Origin: Cryomorphaceae bacterium
GTDB taxonomy: Bacteria; Bacteroidota; Bacteroidia; Flavobacteriales; UBA7430
Direction: 5' to 3'
Length of the DNA: 64,000 bases
NCBI GenBank assembly: GCA_019649675.1
Contig: BOWN01000001.1
Span: 463,263-527,262 of the forward strand
Both the position numbers and the translations under genes were made by a program. The notes beneath the pieces are model-generated. The model was not told where the DNA came from. It saw only the letters and a list, made by a program, of their open reading frames with translations, and did not search any database. Positions 1-12,374 of the stretch are shown here, piece by piece. Position 1 is the stretch's first letter, and the number at the start of each line of letters is the position of its first letter.

Positions 1-966
1 TAATGGCTCTTATGAAATTGCACATCATTTAGAATACCACAATGCAGACTACCTAGCCGTAGCATACATAGATGAAGGTGTTGCTCTGCGTAAAAAGGGG
101 ATAACAACTCGAATCATGGTACTCAATGTAAAGGGATCTCAATTTAACGAACTCATAAACAACTGTCTTGAACCAGAAATATACAGCTTCAAACAACTCA
201 AAACACTGCAAGTAGAATTAAAAAAATTAAACCTAAAAAATTACCCTATTCACCTAAAGGTCGATACGGGAATGCGAAGGTTAGGCTTTGAAAGTCATGA
301 AATAAAAACCCTCATTTCATTGATTTCTAAACAGCAAGAAATTCAAATTGCTTCTGTTTTTAGTCATCTTGCCAGCAGTGAAAATAGCCTAGACAAGAGT
401 TTCACATCAAGGCAAATAGATCAATTTACTTCTATATGCAATGACATCGAAGCACAGACTAATAATCCTATTTTAAAGCATATTTTAAATTCATCTGGAA
501 TTATAAACTATCCAGAAGCCCAGTTCGATATGGTGAGGTTAGGAATTGGTTTATATGGAATTGGTGATGAAAAACTTCAAAATTGTAGTTCATTAAAATC
601 TACAATCTCACAAATTAAAGATGTCCCTGCAGGTGAGAGTATAGGCTATAACAGATCATACTTTACCGATAAAGCTACTCGAATTGCAATTATTGCTATC
701 GGCTACGCTGATGGATTAAACAGAGCATTAAGTAATAAAAAGGATGCGTATATATTCGTGGGGAAAAAGCTGATATTATTGGAAACATATGTATGGACAT
801 GTGTATGGTAGACATTAGCCATATTGAGGCAAAAGAAGGGGATGAGGTAATTATCTGGAATACACAAAAACACATTCTAAATATAGCAGAGAAACTTAAT
901 ACAATTCCATATGAGGTTTTAACAAATGTTTCTCAAAGAGTTAAAAGAGTGTTTGTTAAAGAATAG
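1..966 (+). CDS. alr: Alanine racemase, 3' part (starts before the window; indel near 745)
   Basis: Motifs HLKVDTGMRRLG, VFSHLASS, MVRLGIGLYG and IGYADGLNR; continues in another frame as IGNICMDMCMVD...NTIPYEVLTNVSQRVKRVFVKE*. Confidence 0.92.
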
Positions 967-973
967 TGAGGCT

Positions 974-2209
974 TATTATTCGTCTGAGACCTTATTTAAT
1001 CCAGATAATAATGGATACATAAAAGCAAACAAAACAACTCCAGCCTGCCTTTCAAACATGCTTTCTGTTAAACATCCTATAAATGTGAGTCCAATAAATA
1101 TTAAAAAAGTGGGTGTGAGTTCTTTAACAAAAAAGGATTTATCATTATAAACAGTAAAATTAAAAACCCAAAATTCCTACTTCTGCCCAAGTTTGCATAA
1201 ACTGGTTGTGAAAATTGTAATTTTTATTGTGAATAGGAACGTTGTGCTCTCCATTCCAAAACATAGCATCACAAGACTCTAATGCAAAATTTAATTCTTC
1301 TTTTGCATCACCTACTCCAAAGCCAAAAATCGGGTTTTTACAATTAAATCAGCCCCATAACGCCATATAAAAACCCTTGGATTTGTTTGTTTAGGTGTGT
1401 CATATCCAAACATTTTTGAAGTTCTACAACTGTATCATTAAGACGTAAATTTGTTGATGGAATGAATACTAAGGAAGTATAAATAAAGCAGCTATAGATG
1501 ATACTTTAGCCCACATTAAGCTAGATAATTTGTATGTTTTAAACCACTTCAAAAAGCTCAAAATAAAAACAATAATAAACGCTAATATAAACGCGCGACT
1601 AGATAATAGAATTAAAGAAAACAATAAAATTAAAAGACCTAAAAACCAAAGGTCCTGTTTAATTTAGATGAAATTAAATGATAAATTGATATGAAAATAG
1701 CAAACGAGTAGTACCAAGCTACATAATGAACCTTATTAGTTAATACATATGGGAGATTAATGTAGTAGAATGTTTCTTGATTTCCACTTACAAGGTACTT
1801 TAAAAATGCATGTGTCAAATCTGTTAAAGCCATAAGCATCATAAGTACAGCAAAAAACTTTAATATAAACTTTCGTTGTTCATTATAAATAAACTGCACT
1901 GTCGTCATAAAAAAGGCAACAATAAAAAGGATATCTTTAACCTTAAGTCATTCCAGCCCTCTGAAGAGTTCTCAGTATAAAATATACTTAGTAAGTGAAG
2001 CAGGTAGAGTATTACAAATGCAATTGCTGTGGGTTTTTATTAAGCATCGTAGTTTTTCCTTATATGAAAACGAAAAATCCAACTCAGGCCAATAATTATA
2101 ATCCCGCCAGTTAGCGGAACCTTAAAAAATCTTGCATAAACAAGCCCAAAACGAAGCTTATACAAGCGATAAAGTAATAGAATGAAATAGATTTTGTCTT
2201 ATTTATCAT
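974..2209 (-). CDS. O-antigen ligase family membrane protein (several indels; ends approximate)
   Basis: Hydrophobic fragments (ORF 1639..1908) and the minus-strand motifs PIFGFGVGDA and YNFHNQFMQTWAEVGILGF. Confidence 0.7.
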
Positions 2210-3852
2210 CTATGTTACCTGATAAAATCGCTTTATATCGATCAGAATCATTAAGTACTAAGATCGCTTCTTTCAAGACGATATCATCTGCTAATGATGC
2301 TATTACTCTACCTTCTTGGTAATAGTAACGTGCCATCAATTCACTTAGTATAAGTTCTGATACTTGCGACTGGTATTTGTGTATGTCATCTTTTTATAGC
2401 TAAGAAGCTTCTTCTGTAAGACCTCTAAATCTTCTTTGAAATCAGCATATTCATCTTCTGCTTCATTAATTAACTCAACCATTTTTTTCTCAGTTTTCGT
2501 TTCATACTCATACTCCTTATCAGATAAAAACATTACAAAATCTTCATACAATGCATCAGATATCTTAAATTCACCTGGTTCTTCAATTGAATCATTTTGT
2601 AAAACAAACTCTGTAGCAAAATCAAATATTAGCTGCTTAGAAACTAAACTTCCAACAATTTTTGCAAAAGCCTCTTGATCAATAACAATGTCAGGATCAA
2701 CACCACCCCGTCGTAAACTGTTCGCCCATTAGTTGTTTTAAATGCTGTTTTAAGTGAGTCGGCAACCTTACCTACACTACCATCTTCATTTTTATTTGTA
2801 TAGTCTAGTGCCTGGATACATCTTCCGCTTGGCGTATAATATTTTGCAACTGTAACTTTCAATTGAGAGTTATAACTCAACTTACGAGTTTGCTGAACCA
2901 GACCTTTACCGAAGCTTTTTTTCCGAGAATAACACCTCTATCAAGGTCTTGTATGGTTCCTGAAACAATTTCTGAGGCTGAAGCTGAACTTTGATTAATT
3001 AGAACTGCTAGAGGGAGATCTCTATATAAAGGTTCTTTCATTGTTTTGTATGATTTTTCCCAATCTTTTATCTTTCCTTTGGTTGATACAACTTCCTGAT
3101 TTTTATCAATAAAAAGATTACAAAGGCTGACTGATTCATTCAATAAACCACCAGGATTTCCTCTTAAATCAAGAACCAACCCTTTTACATCATTTTCATC
3201 AGTAAGTTCAAGAATCGCATCCTCAACCTCGCTTGCGCAGTTACGTGTAAATCTTGTTAATCGCACATAAGCAATTCCATCATCAACCATTCCCTTGTAG
3301 GGTACAGATTTAACCTTGACCTCCTCTCTGGTAAATGTTTTCTTTATGGGTTTTTCTGTGCCAGGTCGTTCAATAAGTACATTAACCTCTACGCCCGGCT
3401 GGCCTTTAAGAACAGAACTTACATCCTCTGTTGACTTACCCTTTACAGACTTACCGTCAATTTCTATTAGCTTGTCACCTGCTCTCAACCCAGCCTTATC
3501 TGCAGGAAATCCTTCATAGGGTTCTGCAATAACAACATAATCACCCTTCTTTCGAATCATGGCTCCAATACCACCATATTGACCAGTTGTTTGAAAACGA
3601 AAATCTTCAATGTCAGACTCGGAATATATGTCGTATAAGGGTCTAGATCCTCAAGCATGAATCTATTGCCTTTTCAATCATTTCTCCAGGCTTTGTTTCA
3701 TCTACATAGTAAATATTTACTTCACGAAATAAGGAAGTAAAAATATCTAGGTTTTTACTTACCTCAAAGTAGCCAGAAACAAATGCAAATGAAAACATTG
3801 ATACAAGGCTAACAACAGACCAAAAGGTCAATTTTTTTATCACTTTATACAT
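2199..3852 (-). CDS. S41 family carboxy-terminal processing protease (frameshifted pieces)
   Basis: PDZ segment, LDLRGNPGGLL, SASASEIVSG and KVTVAKYYTPSGRCIQ across ORFs 3643..3852, 2877..3560, 2644..2880 and 2345..2551. Confidence 0.92.
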
Positions 3853-3863
3853 ATTTAATTATT

Positions 3864-4094
3864 TTATGGTACTGGATCGTATCCACTGCCTCCCCATGGG
3901 TGACAAGAACCAATTCTTTTTATAGTCAAAACAAAACCCTTCCATAATCCGTGTTTTTGAAAGGCATCAATAGAATATGACGAACATGTAGGATTATATC
4001 TACACGAAGCAGGCGTCCATGGCGAAACTACTTTTTGATAAATTTTGATCAATAAAATGACCCCTGTTTTAAGCCCTTTCTTTAGCATCATCAA
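3864..4094 (-). CDS. yidD: Membrane protein insertion efficiency factor
   Basis: [10 protein letters not shown]...[13 protein letters not shown]. Confidence 0.95.
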   Translation of the reverse strand: MMMLKKGLKTGVILLIKIYQKVVSPWTPASCRYNPTCSSYSIDAFQKHGLWKGFVLTIKRIGSCHPWGGSGYDPVP

Positions 4095-4451
4095 TAAAAC
4101 GTTTCAAAAACCAATCTTAGTTTATTGTTGAGAAGATCTCTTTTGATTTTCTTCTTTAGTTGTATATATAAGCAAAACTGCATAATTATTACTAAGATTA
4201 GCATAAATGTCTGACTTTTTAAGCCTATAAGCCTCCCTTATCTTACGTTTCATTTCATTTCGGTCAACAGCTAGAGGAAAGCGTTTTTTAGAAACTGAAA
4301 ACGCTATTTTTATTGGGTAACTTTGGTCTACATTTAATTTCTTCCAAACAAGAATAAACGGGTGTTTCTTTACACTTGAACCACTAGCTATTAATTCATC
4401 AAAAATTATTTTACTCTTTAATCTTTCTGTTTTATGAAAGCTTTGACTCAT
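4090..4451 (-). CDS. rnpA: Ribonuclease P protein component (3' end frameshifted)
   Basis: [35 protein letters not shown]; adjacent to yidD. Confidence 0.9.
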
Positions 4452-4476
4452 AATTGTAAAATTAGAAAAAATCAAT

Positions 4477-4503
4477 AAAAAAAGGGCGATAAATCGCCCT
4501 TTG
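4477..4503. terminator. Rho-independent terminator-like hairpin after hemD
   Basis: aaaaaaagggcgat-aa-atcgcccttt inverted repeat with an A/T tract. Confidence 0.7.
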
Positions 4504-4521
4504 AATCAAATAATAAAAAAA

Positions 4522-5281
4522 CTACTTTTTATTTACCTTTTTGATATATTGTTCGATTGCCATAGTCATTGAGGGAGCCTTAGCGGTTGGGGCCTCAATA
4601 TCTACTCTCAAACCAGCATCTGTAACTGCTTTATAGGTTGTTTTACCAAATGCTGCAATTCGAGTATTATTTTGCTCAAAATTAGGGAAATTTTGAAATA
4701 ATGACTTTATACCAGAAGGGCTAAAAAAGACCAAAATATCATAAAATACATTCTCCAAATCAGAAAGATCGCTACAAACCGTCTTATAAAGTACAACACG
4801 GGTATAATTAATACCATTATCCTTTAAAAGTTGAGGGATAACTGGCTTTAAAATGTCCGAAGATGGCAATAAAAAATTTTCTGATTTATGTTTTTTGATT
4901 GACCCAATAAGATCTACAAACCTCTGTTTACCATAATATATTTTTCTTTTGCGGTAGGTAATATATTTCTGCAAATAAAACGCAATCGCTTCAGACATAC
5001 AAAAGTACTTCATTGAAGTAGGAACCTCAAAGCGCATTTCTTGACATATTCTAAAATAATGATCTGCTGCATGGCGGCTAGTAAGTATCACGGCTGTGTG
5101 ATCTGTAAAAAGAAACTTTCTGCTGACGAACATCTGATGCTGCAACAGGCTCAAGGTGTATAAATGAACGAAAATCTACATTAACCTTTTGACTTTTACC
5201 CAATTCATGGTAAGGTGAAGACCCGCTCTTAGGCTCAGGCTGTGAAACAAGAATAGTTTTTACTTTCAAATCTTCAATCAT
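4522..5281 (-). CDS. hemD: Uroporphyrinogen-III synthase, Bacteroidota type (indels near 5' end)
   Basis: KVKTILVSQPEP, VILTSRHAADHYF, LVFFSPSGIKSL, APSMTMAIEQY. Confidence 0.9.
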
Positions 5282-5322
5282 TTAGGGGTTCACTCTTCAA
5301 AAGTCAGTAGAAAAATTTCCAA

Positions 5323-5975
5323 TCAACAATTTAAACCTGTTAGCAACCACAAAAATGGTGCTATTTCTACAGTGCAAATGTACAAAATAATATACAAAAT
5401 TCCCAAAGAAACAATATTTCGCAAAAGCAAAAGTGTCTTAAACTTAGCAAGCATTAACAGGAGTAATGTAATTGATAATAAGAGGTTTATACTTTTTTGA
5501 TTAAAACTTCCTATTAAATAAAAGTAGATTGTAAAAAAAACAATTGGTGTTAAAAATAGATTTACCAAATTGAAGAGATAAGGCCATAAATTCTTTAAAT
5601 AACTTTTCTCTTTTAAATAGAGAAAATAATATTAAAACAACAAGCCATTTTAATAGCATAAAAGAAAATAAAAAAAACGCTGCATATAAAAACAAATGAG
5701 AGTATGCACTATATTTAGAACAATATTCTAAATACGAAGAGAGTAAAAAAGAAACAGAAAGAAATGTTGTTAAAGAAAATAATGGTAAGAAATGTCCAGA
5801 CACTTTATTTTGCCGACCGTAACTAACTTGATACTGTTTGTTGAATAGAGACAGAAAGAAATAACGAAAGCGTCGTGCATCATCATTATATAAATAAATG
5901 TGAATAACAATAATAAAGAAAAAAAAGAATTAAAGTCCATGAAGACTGTGGTGAATCTCTAAGTATTTCTATCAT
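5323..5975 (-). CDS. DUF4271-like membrane protein (fragmented)
   Basis: Hydrophobic ORFs ending YIILYICTVEIAP; sits upstream of hemD as is usual in Bacteroidota. Confidence 0.65.
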
Positions 5976-5995
5976 TCTGTGCTTTTTACAAAGCT

Positions 5996-6023
5996 AAAAA
6001 AAAGAGGCTAATGAGCCTCTTTT
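5996..6023. terminator. Terminator-like hairpin
   Basis: aaaagaggct-aatg-agcctctttt. Confidence 0.7.
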
Positions 6024-6043
6024 AAAATAGATAATAAAATTAA

Positions 6044-6881
6044 TTATTGAATAGCTAATACTTCTGTCAATCGTCCATAAATCGAACGCATTCTCAAGAG
6101 TGTAAAGCCCACTAGAAATATGTGATGGCAAAAAAATCGATTCTATATTTTGATCCCATTTACCATCAAATAAGAACAGTCTTTGACCCCTTAAAATCGT
6201 AAAGTAAAACAACAACATTTTCTTGCTGTTTTTGAGAAAAAGAAATATGAATTTCATCTTGAGCAGGATTTGGGTAGACTGAAAAATCAAACAAGCTAAG
6301 TTCATTTATAGAAACACCAACGTTAAATGCATAGTGATTGGTAACATGCACATCTCCATTATTTTGATTGTTGCTATTTGATAATATTGAGGCGGCATAA
6401 ACCTTAGCTACTTGTCCTTCAAAATTAGCGGGAGGTGTCCAATCAAATTCCCATAGGTGTAGAAAATCATCAGATGGTGCTGTTCCAGCAAAAGTATGAG
6501 TAATATAATCACTATTACCATTAGGAAATTTTGTTCTGTATAGGGTCTACAATAGATATCTCACCAATTTTATTCCCAAAATCATCTTCAACACAAGCCT
6601 GAAAACCAACCTTTTCATATTGCATCCCCCCTGTATTTGACACTTCAATTAAAATCCTGTAGGAGCCCTGATCTAAAGATTGTAGTACAGATATAGCGAT
6701 GTTTTCACCCGACTGTGCTGAAGGGCCAGAGTGACAATAAGCTTGTATTACATGTTGCTCCTTCATCACCAGGAGAAGCAGTATTAGCTGCAGGAGCTCC
6801 AGTACTGAAAGTGTAAGCTAAATCTTTAGAGCTTAAATAAACGATTGCCAATAAAGCCAAAATTGTTCCTAGATATTTCAT
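6044..6881 (-). CDS. Secreted Reeler/choice-of-anchor V-like protein with T9SS C-terminal domain (frameshifted)
   Basis: Signal peptide, then TGAPAANTASPGDEGATC..CHSG, GFQACVED, WEFDWTPP and VYPNPAQD. Confidence 0.7.
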
Positions 6882-6891
6882 CTGTTAAAAA

Positions 6892-7782
6892 TTAATTGTT
6901 TTGCTTTATCATCTTAATGGTTTTAACCAATTTATTATCAGACAACCAAACGGCAGTGTAAATACCATTTGAAAGATTTTTTGAACTCCAATTGAATTCG
7001 TATCGTCCCTTTTTTAAATTTTGAGATAATAAAACTTGGACCCGACTTCCTTTTGGGTCAAAAATTTCAATATCGATCTTTGCATCCTTATTCAAAACTA
7101 AAAACAACTTCGTTTGTTCTGAAAAAGGGTTGGGGTAATTTTGACTTAAATCACCATACTCTCTTTGAAGTTTGTTTATTCCTAAAGGTGGGCCATCACC
7201 AGATAATACGACATCAAAAACACCAAACCAATCTCCTGCAAACCCTGCATTAAGAGGTATAATTCTATTTGTGGCTGAGGGTGCACTTGCCCATGGATCT
7301 GCGGAAATAGAATCGTCACCCTGAAAGTAAATTTGAGTAACCAATTCATCGTAACCATCTGCTTGTACTTTTAAATGAATATGAGATGGTCGGTATTGTG
7401 AGCCATTTAAATATTTACCTGGAATAATTGTCTCTAAATTATAATTTCCATTTTCATCAGTAATAATTTTTCCTCTAAAATTGAAGCCTTCATTGTCGTA
7501 ATCCCCATGTTCATCGGCTTGCCAAAAATCCATTACTGCATTAGAAATTTTCTTATCACAATCTGTCGATGATAATGTCCCAGATAAAAAGAGTCGTTCA
7601 CCTTCGTAATCATCCGGAATAATAGAATTTGTTTCAGGAGCACCCTCGGAAAAAATGGGCCTAAAATATCAGTCGTTGTTGGTTCACAATCTAAAGTGGT
7701 TTGGGATTTTAATTTAAGAGGAGTAATGAAGCTAATGTCGCAATAAAGCCTTTTTTAAAAAATCACGTCGATTCGAATCCAT
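6892..7782 (-). CDS. Intradiol ring-cleavage dioxygenase-like protein with twin-arginine signal and T9SS C-terminal domain (indels at 5' end)
   Basis: MDSNRRDFLKKG; ILGPF; DFWQADEHGDY, ETIIPGKY, YRPSHIHLKV, LVTQIYF; SQNYPNPF...KTIKMIK. Confidence 0.85.
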
Positions 7783-7949
7783 GAGAGTATTATTTTTAAA
7801 TGTTGTGTTGACAAAATGTAGCATATAAGATTTCAATATATACATTTTAAAGTGAACATTATAAATTATAGTTGTAATTTTGCTTTAATAAATGATATTA
7901 CAGAAAAAGTAGATTACTATTATTATTTGACAAACTTAAATAACAAGGC

Positions 7950-9125
7950 ATGGCAACAGATTTGTTTCAAGCACCTGATTACTACAATATGGATGATCTT
8001 CTTAACGAAGAGCACAAAATGGTTCGAGATGCAGCTAGAGATTGGGTTAAAAAGTCTATTTCTCCTATTATTGAAGATGCTTGTGAAAAAGCTGAATTCC
8101 CAAAACAAATCGTTTCTGGATTGGGCGAAATTGGTGCTTTGGGCCTTATATTCCCGGGAGTATGGTGGTGCGGGATTAGATCAAATCTCTTATGGCTTAA
8201 TTATGCAAGAATTAGAACGGGGAGACTCTGGTGTTCGGTCTACCGCCTCAGTTCAATCGTCCTTAGTCATGTATCCGATTTACAAATACGGAACTGAAGC
8301 GCAAAGAAAAAGTACCTTCCAAAGCTTGCTACAGGCGAATATCTTGGTTGTTTTGGCTTAACAGAACCAAATCATGGATCAAACCCGGGAGGCATGGAAA
8401 CAAATTATAAAGATATGGGAGACCACTATCTTTTAAATGGCTCTAAAATGTGGATCTCAAACGCGCCTTTTGCTGACATTGCTGTGGTTTGGGCAAAAAA
8501 TGAAGAGAGTCGAATATTTGGTTTAATTGTTGAAAGAGGTATGGAAGGTTTTACGACCCCAGAAACACATGGTAAGTGGTCTCTTCGAGCTTCAGCTACT
8601 GGCGAATTGGTCTTTGATAACGTGAAAGTTCCCAAAGAAAACTTGCTTCCAAATAAAAGTGGACTTGGCGCACCTTTGGGCTGTCTTGACTCAGCTCGTT
8701 TTGGTATTGCTTGGGGGGCGATTGGCGCGGCGATGGATTGTTATGACACAGCTCTTCGTTATTCAAAAGAACGCATTCAATTTGAAAAGCCAATAGGAGC
8801 TTTCCAACTACAACAAAAAAAATTAGCTGAAATGATTACCGAAATAACAAAGGCACAACTATTAACACTTCGATTAGGCCAACTAAGAAATGAAAACAGT
8901 GCAACCTCTGCCCAAATTTCTATGGCTAAAAGAAACAATGTTGACATGGCTATGACTATTGCAAGAGATGCAAGACAAATACTTGGAGGAATGGGTATAA
9001 CAGGTGAATACCCTGTTATGCGTCACATGATGAATCTTGAGTCTGTGGTTACATATGAAGGAACACATGACATTCACTTACTAATTACAGGGCTAGATGT
9101 TACGGGTCTTAATGCATTCAAATAA
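7950..9125 (+). CDS. Acyl-CoA dehydrogenase, glutaryl-CoA dehydrogenase-like (indels)
   Basis: ELERGDSGVRSTASVQSSL, GSKMWISNAP, RHMMNLESVVTYEGTHDIH. Confidence 0.92.
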
Positions 9126-9161
9126 AAATATAAACTATTTGCTCTTACTAAACAGCACATT

Positions 9162-9192
9162 AAAAAAGCCACCTTAAAAGAGTGGCTTTTTT
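9162..9192 (+). terminator. Rho-independent terminator
   Basis: aaaaagccac...gtggcttttt. Confidence 0.7.
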
Positions 9193-9257
9193 ATGAAAGC
9201 TTAAGTACTAAAATCTATTTGGATACTATTCTTAAGTTATTTAAGTAATTTTATGTT

Positions 9258-10517
9258 ATGAAAAATCGTACTATTAGAAACGTAGCTATACTGGAGTATA
9301 GCTATAGTAGGAGTTATTAGCGTTCAAATTTATTGGATAAATCAAGCGTTGAACCTTCAACAAAAGCAATTTCAAGAAAGCGTATTTATCTCATTAAAAG
9401 AGTAGCAGAAAGAATTTCTGAATACAATAAAATGGATTTCCCAGTTAAAAACCCTGTAAAACAGATATCATCAGACTACTACATTGTAAATATAAGAGAA
9501 GCGATTGATGCAAATATTTTAAAGATTATATTTAAATAAGAGTTTCATAGATCAAATATACAAACTGACTATGAATATGCTATATATGACTGTTCAAGTG
9601 AAAAAATGGTATATGGAGAATATGTTTCTTTCAATAGAACCCAAAAAATAGTCACGCTTGGAGAACTTCCCAAATATGACGAATTTATTTATTACTTCGG
9701 GATAAATTTCCCAAAACAAACCTCATATTTAATCGCAGGAAATACCCTATGGATTATCTTTTCTTTCCTATTAATGATTACTGTCTCGTTTTTTGTTTAC
9801 GCATTGAGTATTATCCTCCGTCAAAAGCGCTTATCCGAACTCCAAAAGGATTTTATAAACAATATGACACATGAGTTTAAAACACCAATATCTACCATTA
9901 ATATTGCTTCGAGTGTTTTGCTAAAAAATGAATACATCAAAAACAATGTAGATTTGAGCAATTATACTCAAATTATTAATGAACAAAACGACCGGCTTAA
10001 TTGGCAAGTAGAAAAAGTCCTGCAAGTAACCGAAATAGAACAGGACCGAATGAACCTTAAAATTGAAAAAATATATTTAAATGAGTCTATAAAATCTGTT
10101 GTTAATAGTGTTAAATTAAATCTTGAAACAAAAGAGGGAAATGTAAAAACAGATCTACTTGCGAAAAATGATTTAATTAACTGCGACAAACTGCATTTAA
10201 CAAATGTTCTATATAATATTATTGATAATGCCATTAAATATTCTGCGGAAAATCCAAAAATTATTATTAAAACTTCCGATGTGGCCGGATTTTTGTGTTT
10301 AAGTATTTGTGACAATGGAATTGGCATTGCTGAAGAGCATATTAAAAATGTGAAAAATAAATTCTTTCGCGTTCCAACAGGAAAAGTTCATAATGTAAAA
10401 GGTTTCGGTTTGGGACTGTATTATGTAAGTCAAGTTTGTAAAGCACACCATTGGGATTGGGAAATCAATAGTCAAAAAGGAGAAGGGACTAGAATTCTTT
10501 TTAAAATTAAACATTAA
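9258..10517 (+). CDS. Sensor histidine kinase (5' part frameshifted)
   Basis: H-box FINNMTHEFKTP, N-box NIIDNAIKYS, DNGIGI, GFGLGL. Confidence 0.92.
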
Positions 10518-10519
10518 TA

Positions 10520-11200
10520 ATGGCTAAAATATTATATGTAGAAGATAATTTAAGCTTAAGCTTTGTAACAAGTGATCAGCTTAAAAAAAGAGGTTATCAA
10601 GTCGTTTCGTGTAAAGATGGCAAAGAAGCCTTAACTACTTTTAAAGAACAGGTATTAGACCTTTGCATTCTCGATGTTATGTTGCCCCAGATAGATGGAT
10701 TTGAATTAGCAAAAAAAATCAGACAAGAAAATGAGCACATTCCAATAATTTTTCTTTCTGCTAGATCTATGCAGGAAGATAAAATAGAAGGATTAAAAAT
10801 AGGTGGAGATGATTATCTAACAAAGCCTTTTGACATAGATGAATTGTGTCTCAAAATTGAAGTTTTTTTAAAACGTAAAGAAATCAACTCTTCTCTAAAG
10901 AACTTATATAAAATTGGAGATTTTCAATTAAATGTTTTAGAACAAACACTATGCATATCAGGTGTAGTACAAACACTCACTTTAAAAGAAGCTCAGCTAT
11001 TATCACTCTTGGTGGAAAAACAAAATACAATCGTTAAACGAGAATATATTCTTACCAATCTATGGGGTAGAAATGACTATTTTTTAGGAAGAAGTTTAGA
11101 TGTTTTTATTTCTAAACTTCGCAAAAAACTGGTGCAAGATAAAAACATATCAATTGAAAACATTCGAGGAGTAGGTTTTAAATTAAGTATAGCCACTTAA
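10520..11200 (+). CDS. OmpR-family response regulator
   Basis: LDVMLPQIDG, DDYLTKPF, RSLDVFISKLRKK, RGVGF. Confidence 0.95.
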   Translation: MAKILYVEDNLSLSFVTSDQLKKRGYQVVSCKDGKEALTTFKEQVLDLCILDVMLPQIDGFELAKKIRQENEHIPIIFLSARSMQEDKIEGLKIGGDDYLTKPFDIDELCLKIEVFLKRKEINSSLKNLYKIGDFQLNVLEQTLCISGVVQTLTLKEAQLLSLLVEKQNTIVKREYILTNLWGRNDYFLGRSLDVFISKLRKKLVQDKNISIENIRGVGFKLSIAT

Positions 11201-11210
11201 ATAAAATCAA

Positions 11211-12350
11211 TTAAAGCGTTCCTCTTCTTGCCTGCTCTGCTTCAATAGACTCAAACAAAGCTTTAAAATTTCCTTTACCAAAAGATTGTGCACCTTTTCT
11301 TTGAATAATCTCAAAAAACATGGTAGGTCTATCAACAATCGGTTTCGTAAAAATTTGTAGTAGGTAGCCCTCTTCATCTCTATCTACAAGTATGCCAAGA
11401 TCTTTTAGCTTAAATATATTTTCATCTATTTCTCCACAGCGGTCTAATACCGTATCATAATAATTGCCTGGGACATAAAGAAACTCAACACCACGAGCTG
11501 TCATTTCAGTAACGGTTTCTATGATGTTATCGGTAGCAACTGCGATATGCTGACAGCCGGGGCCATTATAAAAATCCAAATATTCCTCAATTTGTGATTT
11601 TTTAACGCCCTTTGCTGGTTCATTAATTGGAAATTTCACGCGACCGTTTCCATTAGTCATCACCTTACTCATTAAAGCAGTATATTTAGTAGAAATATCT
11701 CTATCATCGAAGGTGATTAAGTTCGCAAAACCCATCGTTTTTTTATAAAAATCTGACCAAATATTCATTTCATCCCATCCAACATTGGCCACCATATGAT
11801 CAATGTATTTCAAGCCTACCTGTTTAGGGTTAAAAGCAGATTCTTGCTTAACGTAACCCGGCAGAAAAACGCCATTATAATTTTTGCGCTCTACAAAAAC
11901 ATGAACAGTATCTCCATAAGCATGAATTCCAGAACGAACAACTTCACCAAACTCATCTTTTTCAATAGTTGGCGGCATGTAAGCTTTAGCTCCTCTTTTT
12001 GTAGTCTCCTCGAAAGATTTTGTTGCATCATCAACCCACAGAGCAATTACTTTAACACCATCTCCATGTAATTTAATGTGTTCAGCAATATCTCCATCTG
12101 GACCCATGGGTGTAGTTAAAACTACTCGAATTTTACCTTGCTGGAGAACATAGGATGTGCGGTCTTTGACTCCCGTTTCTAAACCAGCGTACGCTACTGT
12201 TTGAAAGCCTAAACAATTCTTATAATAAATTGATGATTGTTTAGCGTTACCAACGTATAGTTCAATATAATCTGTTCCTAAAAGCGGAAGAAAATCTTCT
12301 GCTTGTTGAAATATTTTTTCTAAATCTTGAGGGTGTGAAACTGTACTCAT
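11211..12350 (-). CDS. hppD: 4-hydroxyphenylpyruvate dioxygenase
   Basis: IDHMVANV, SQIEEYL, QHIAVAT, LLQIFTKP, FGKGNFKALFESIE. Confidence 0.97.
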   Translation of the reverse strand: MSTVSHPQDLEKIFQQAEDFLPLLGTDYIELYVGNAKQSSIYYKNCLGFQTVAYAGLETGVKDRTSYVLQQGKIRVVLTTPMGPDGDIAEHIKLHGDGVKVIALWVDDATKSFEETTKRGAKAYMPPTIEKDEFGEVVRSGIHAYGDTVHVFVERKNYNGVFLPGYVKQESAFNPKQVGLKYIDHMVANVGWDEMNIWSDFYKKTMGFANLITFDDRDISTKYTALMSKVMTNGNGRVKFPINEPAKGVKKSQIEEYLDFYNGPGCQHIAVATDNIIETVTEMTARGVEFLYVPGNYYDTVLDRCGEIDENIFKLKDLGILVDRDEEGYLLQIFTKPIVDRPTMFFEIIQRKGAQSFGKGNFKALFESIEAEQARRGTL

Positions 12351-12374
12351 TTTTTTTATTTTTGGAGACGCTCT

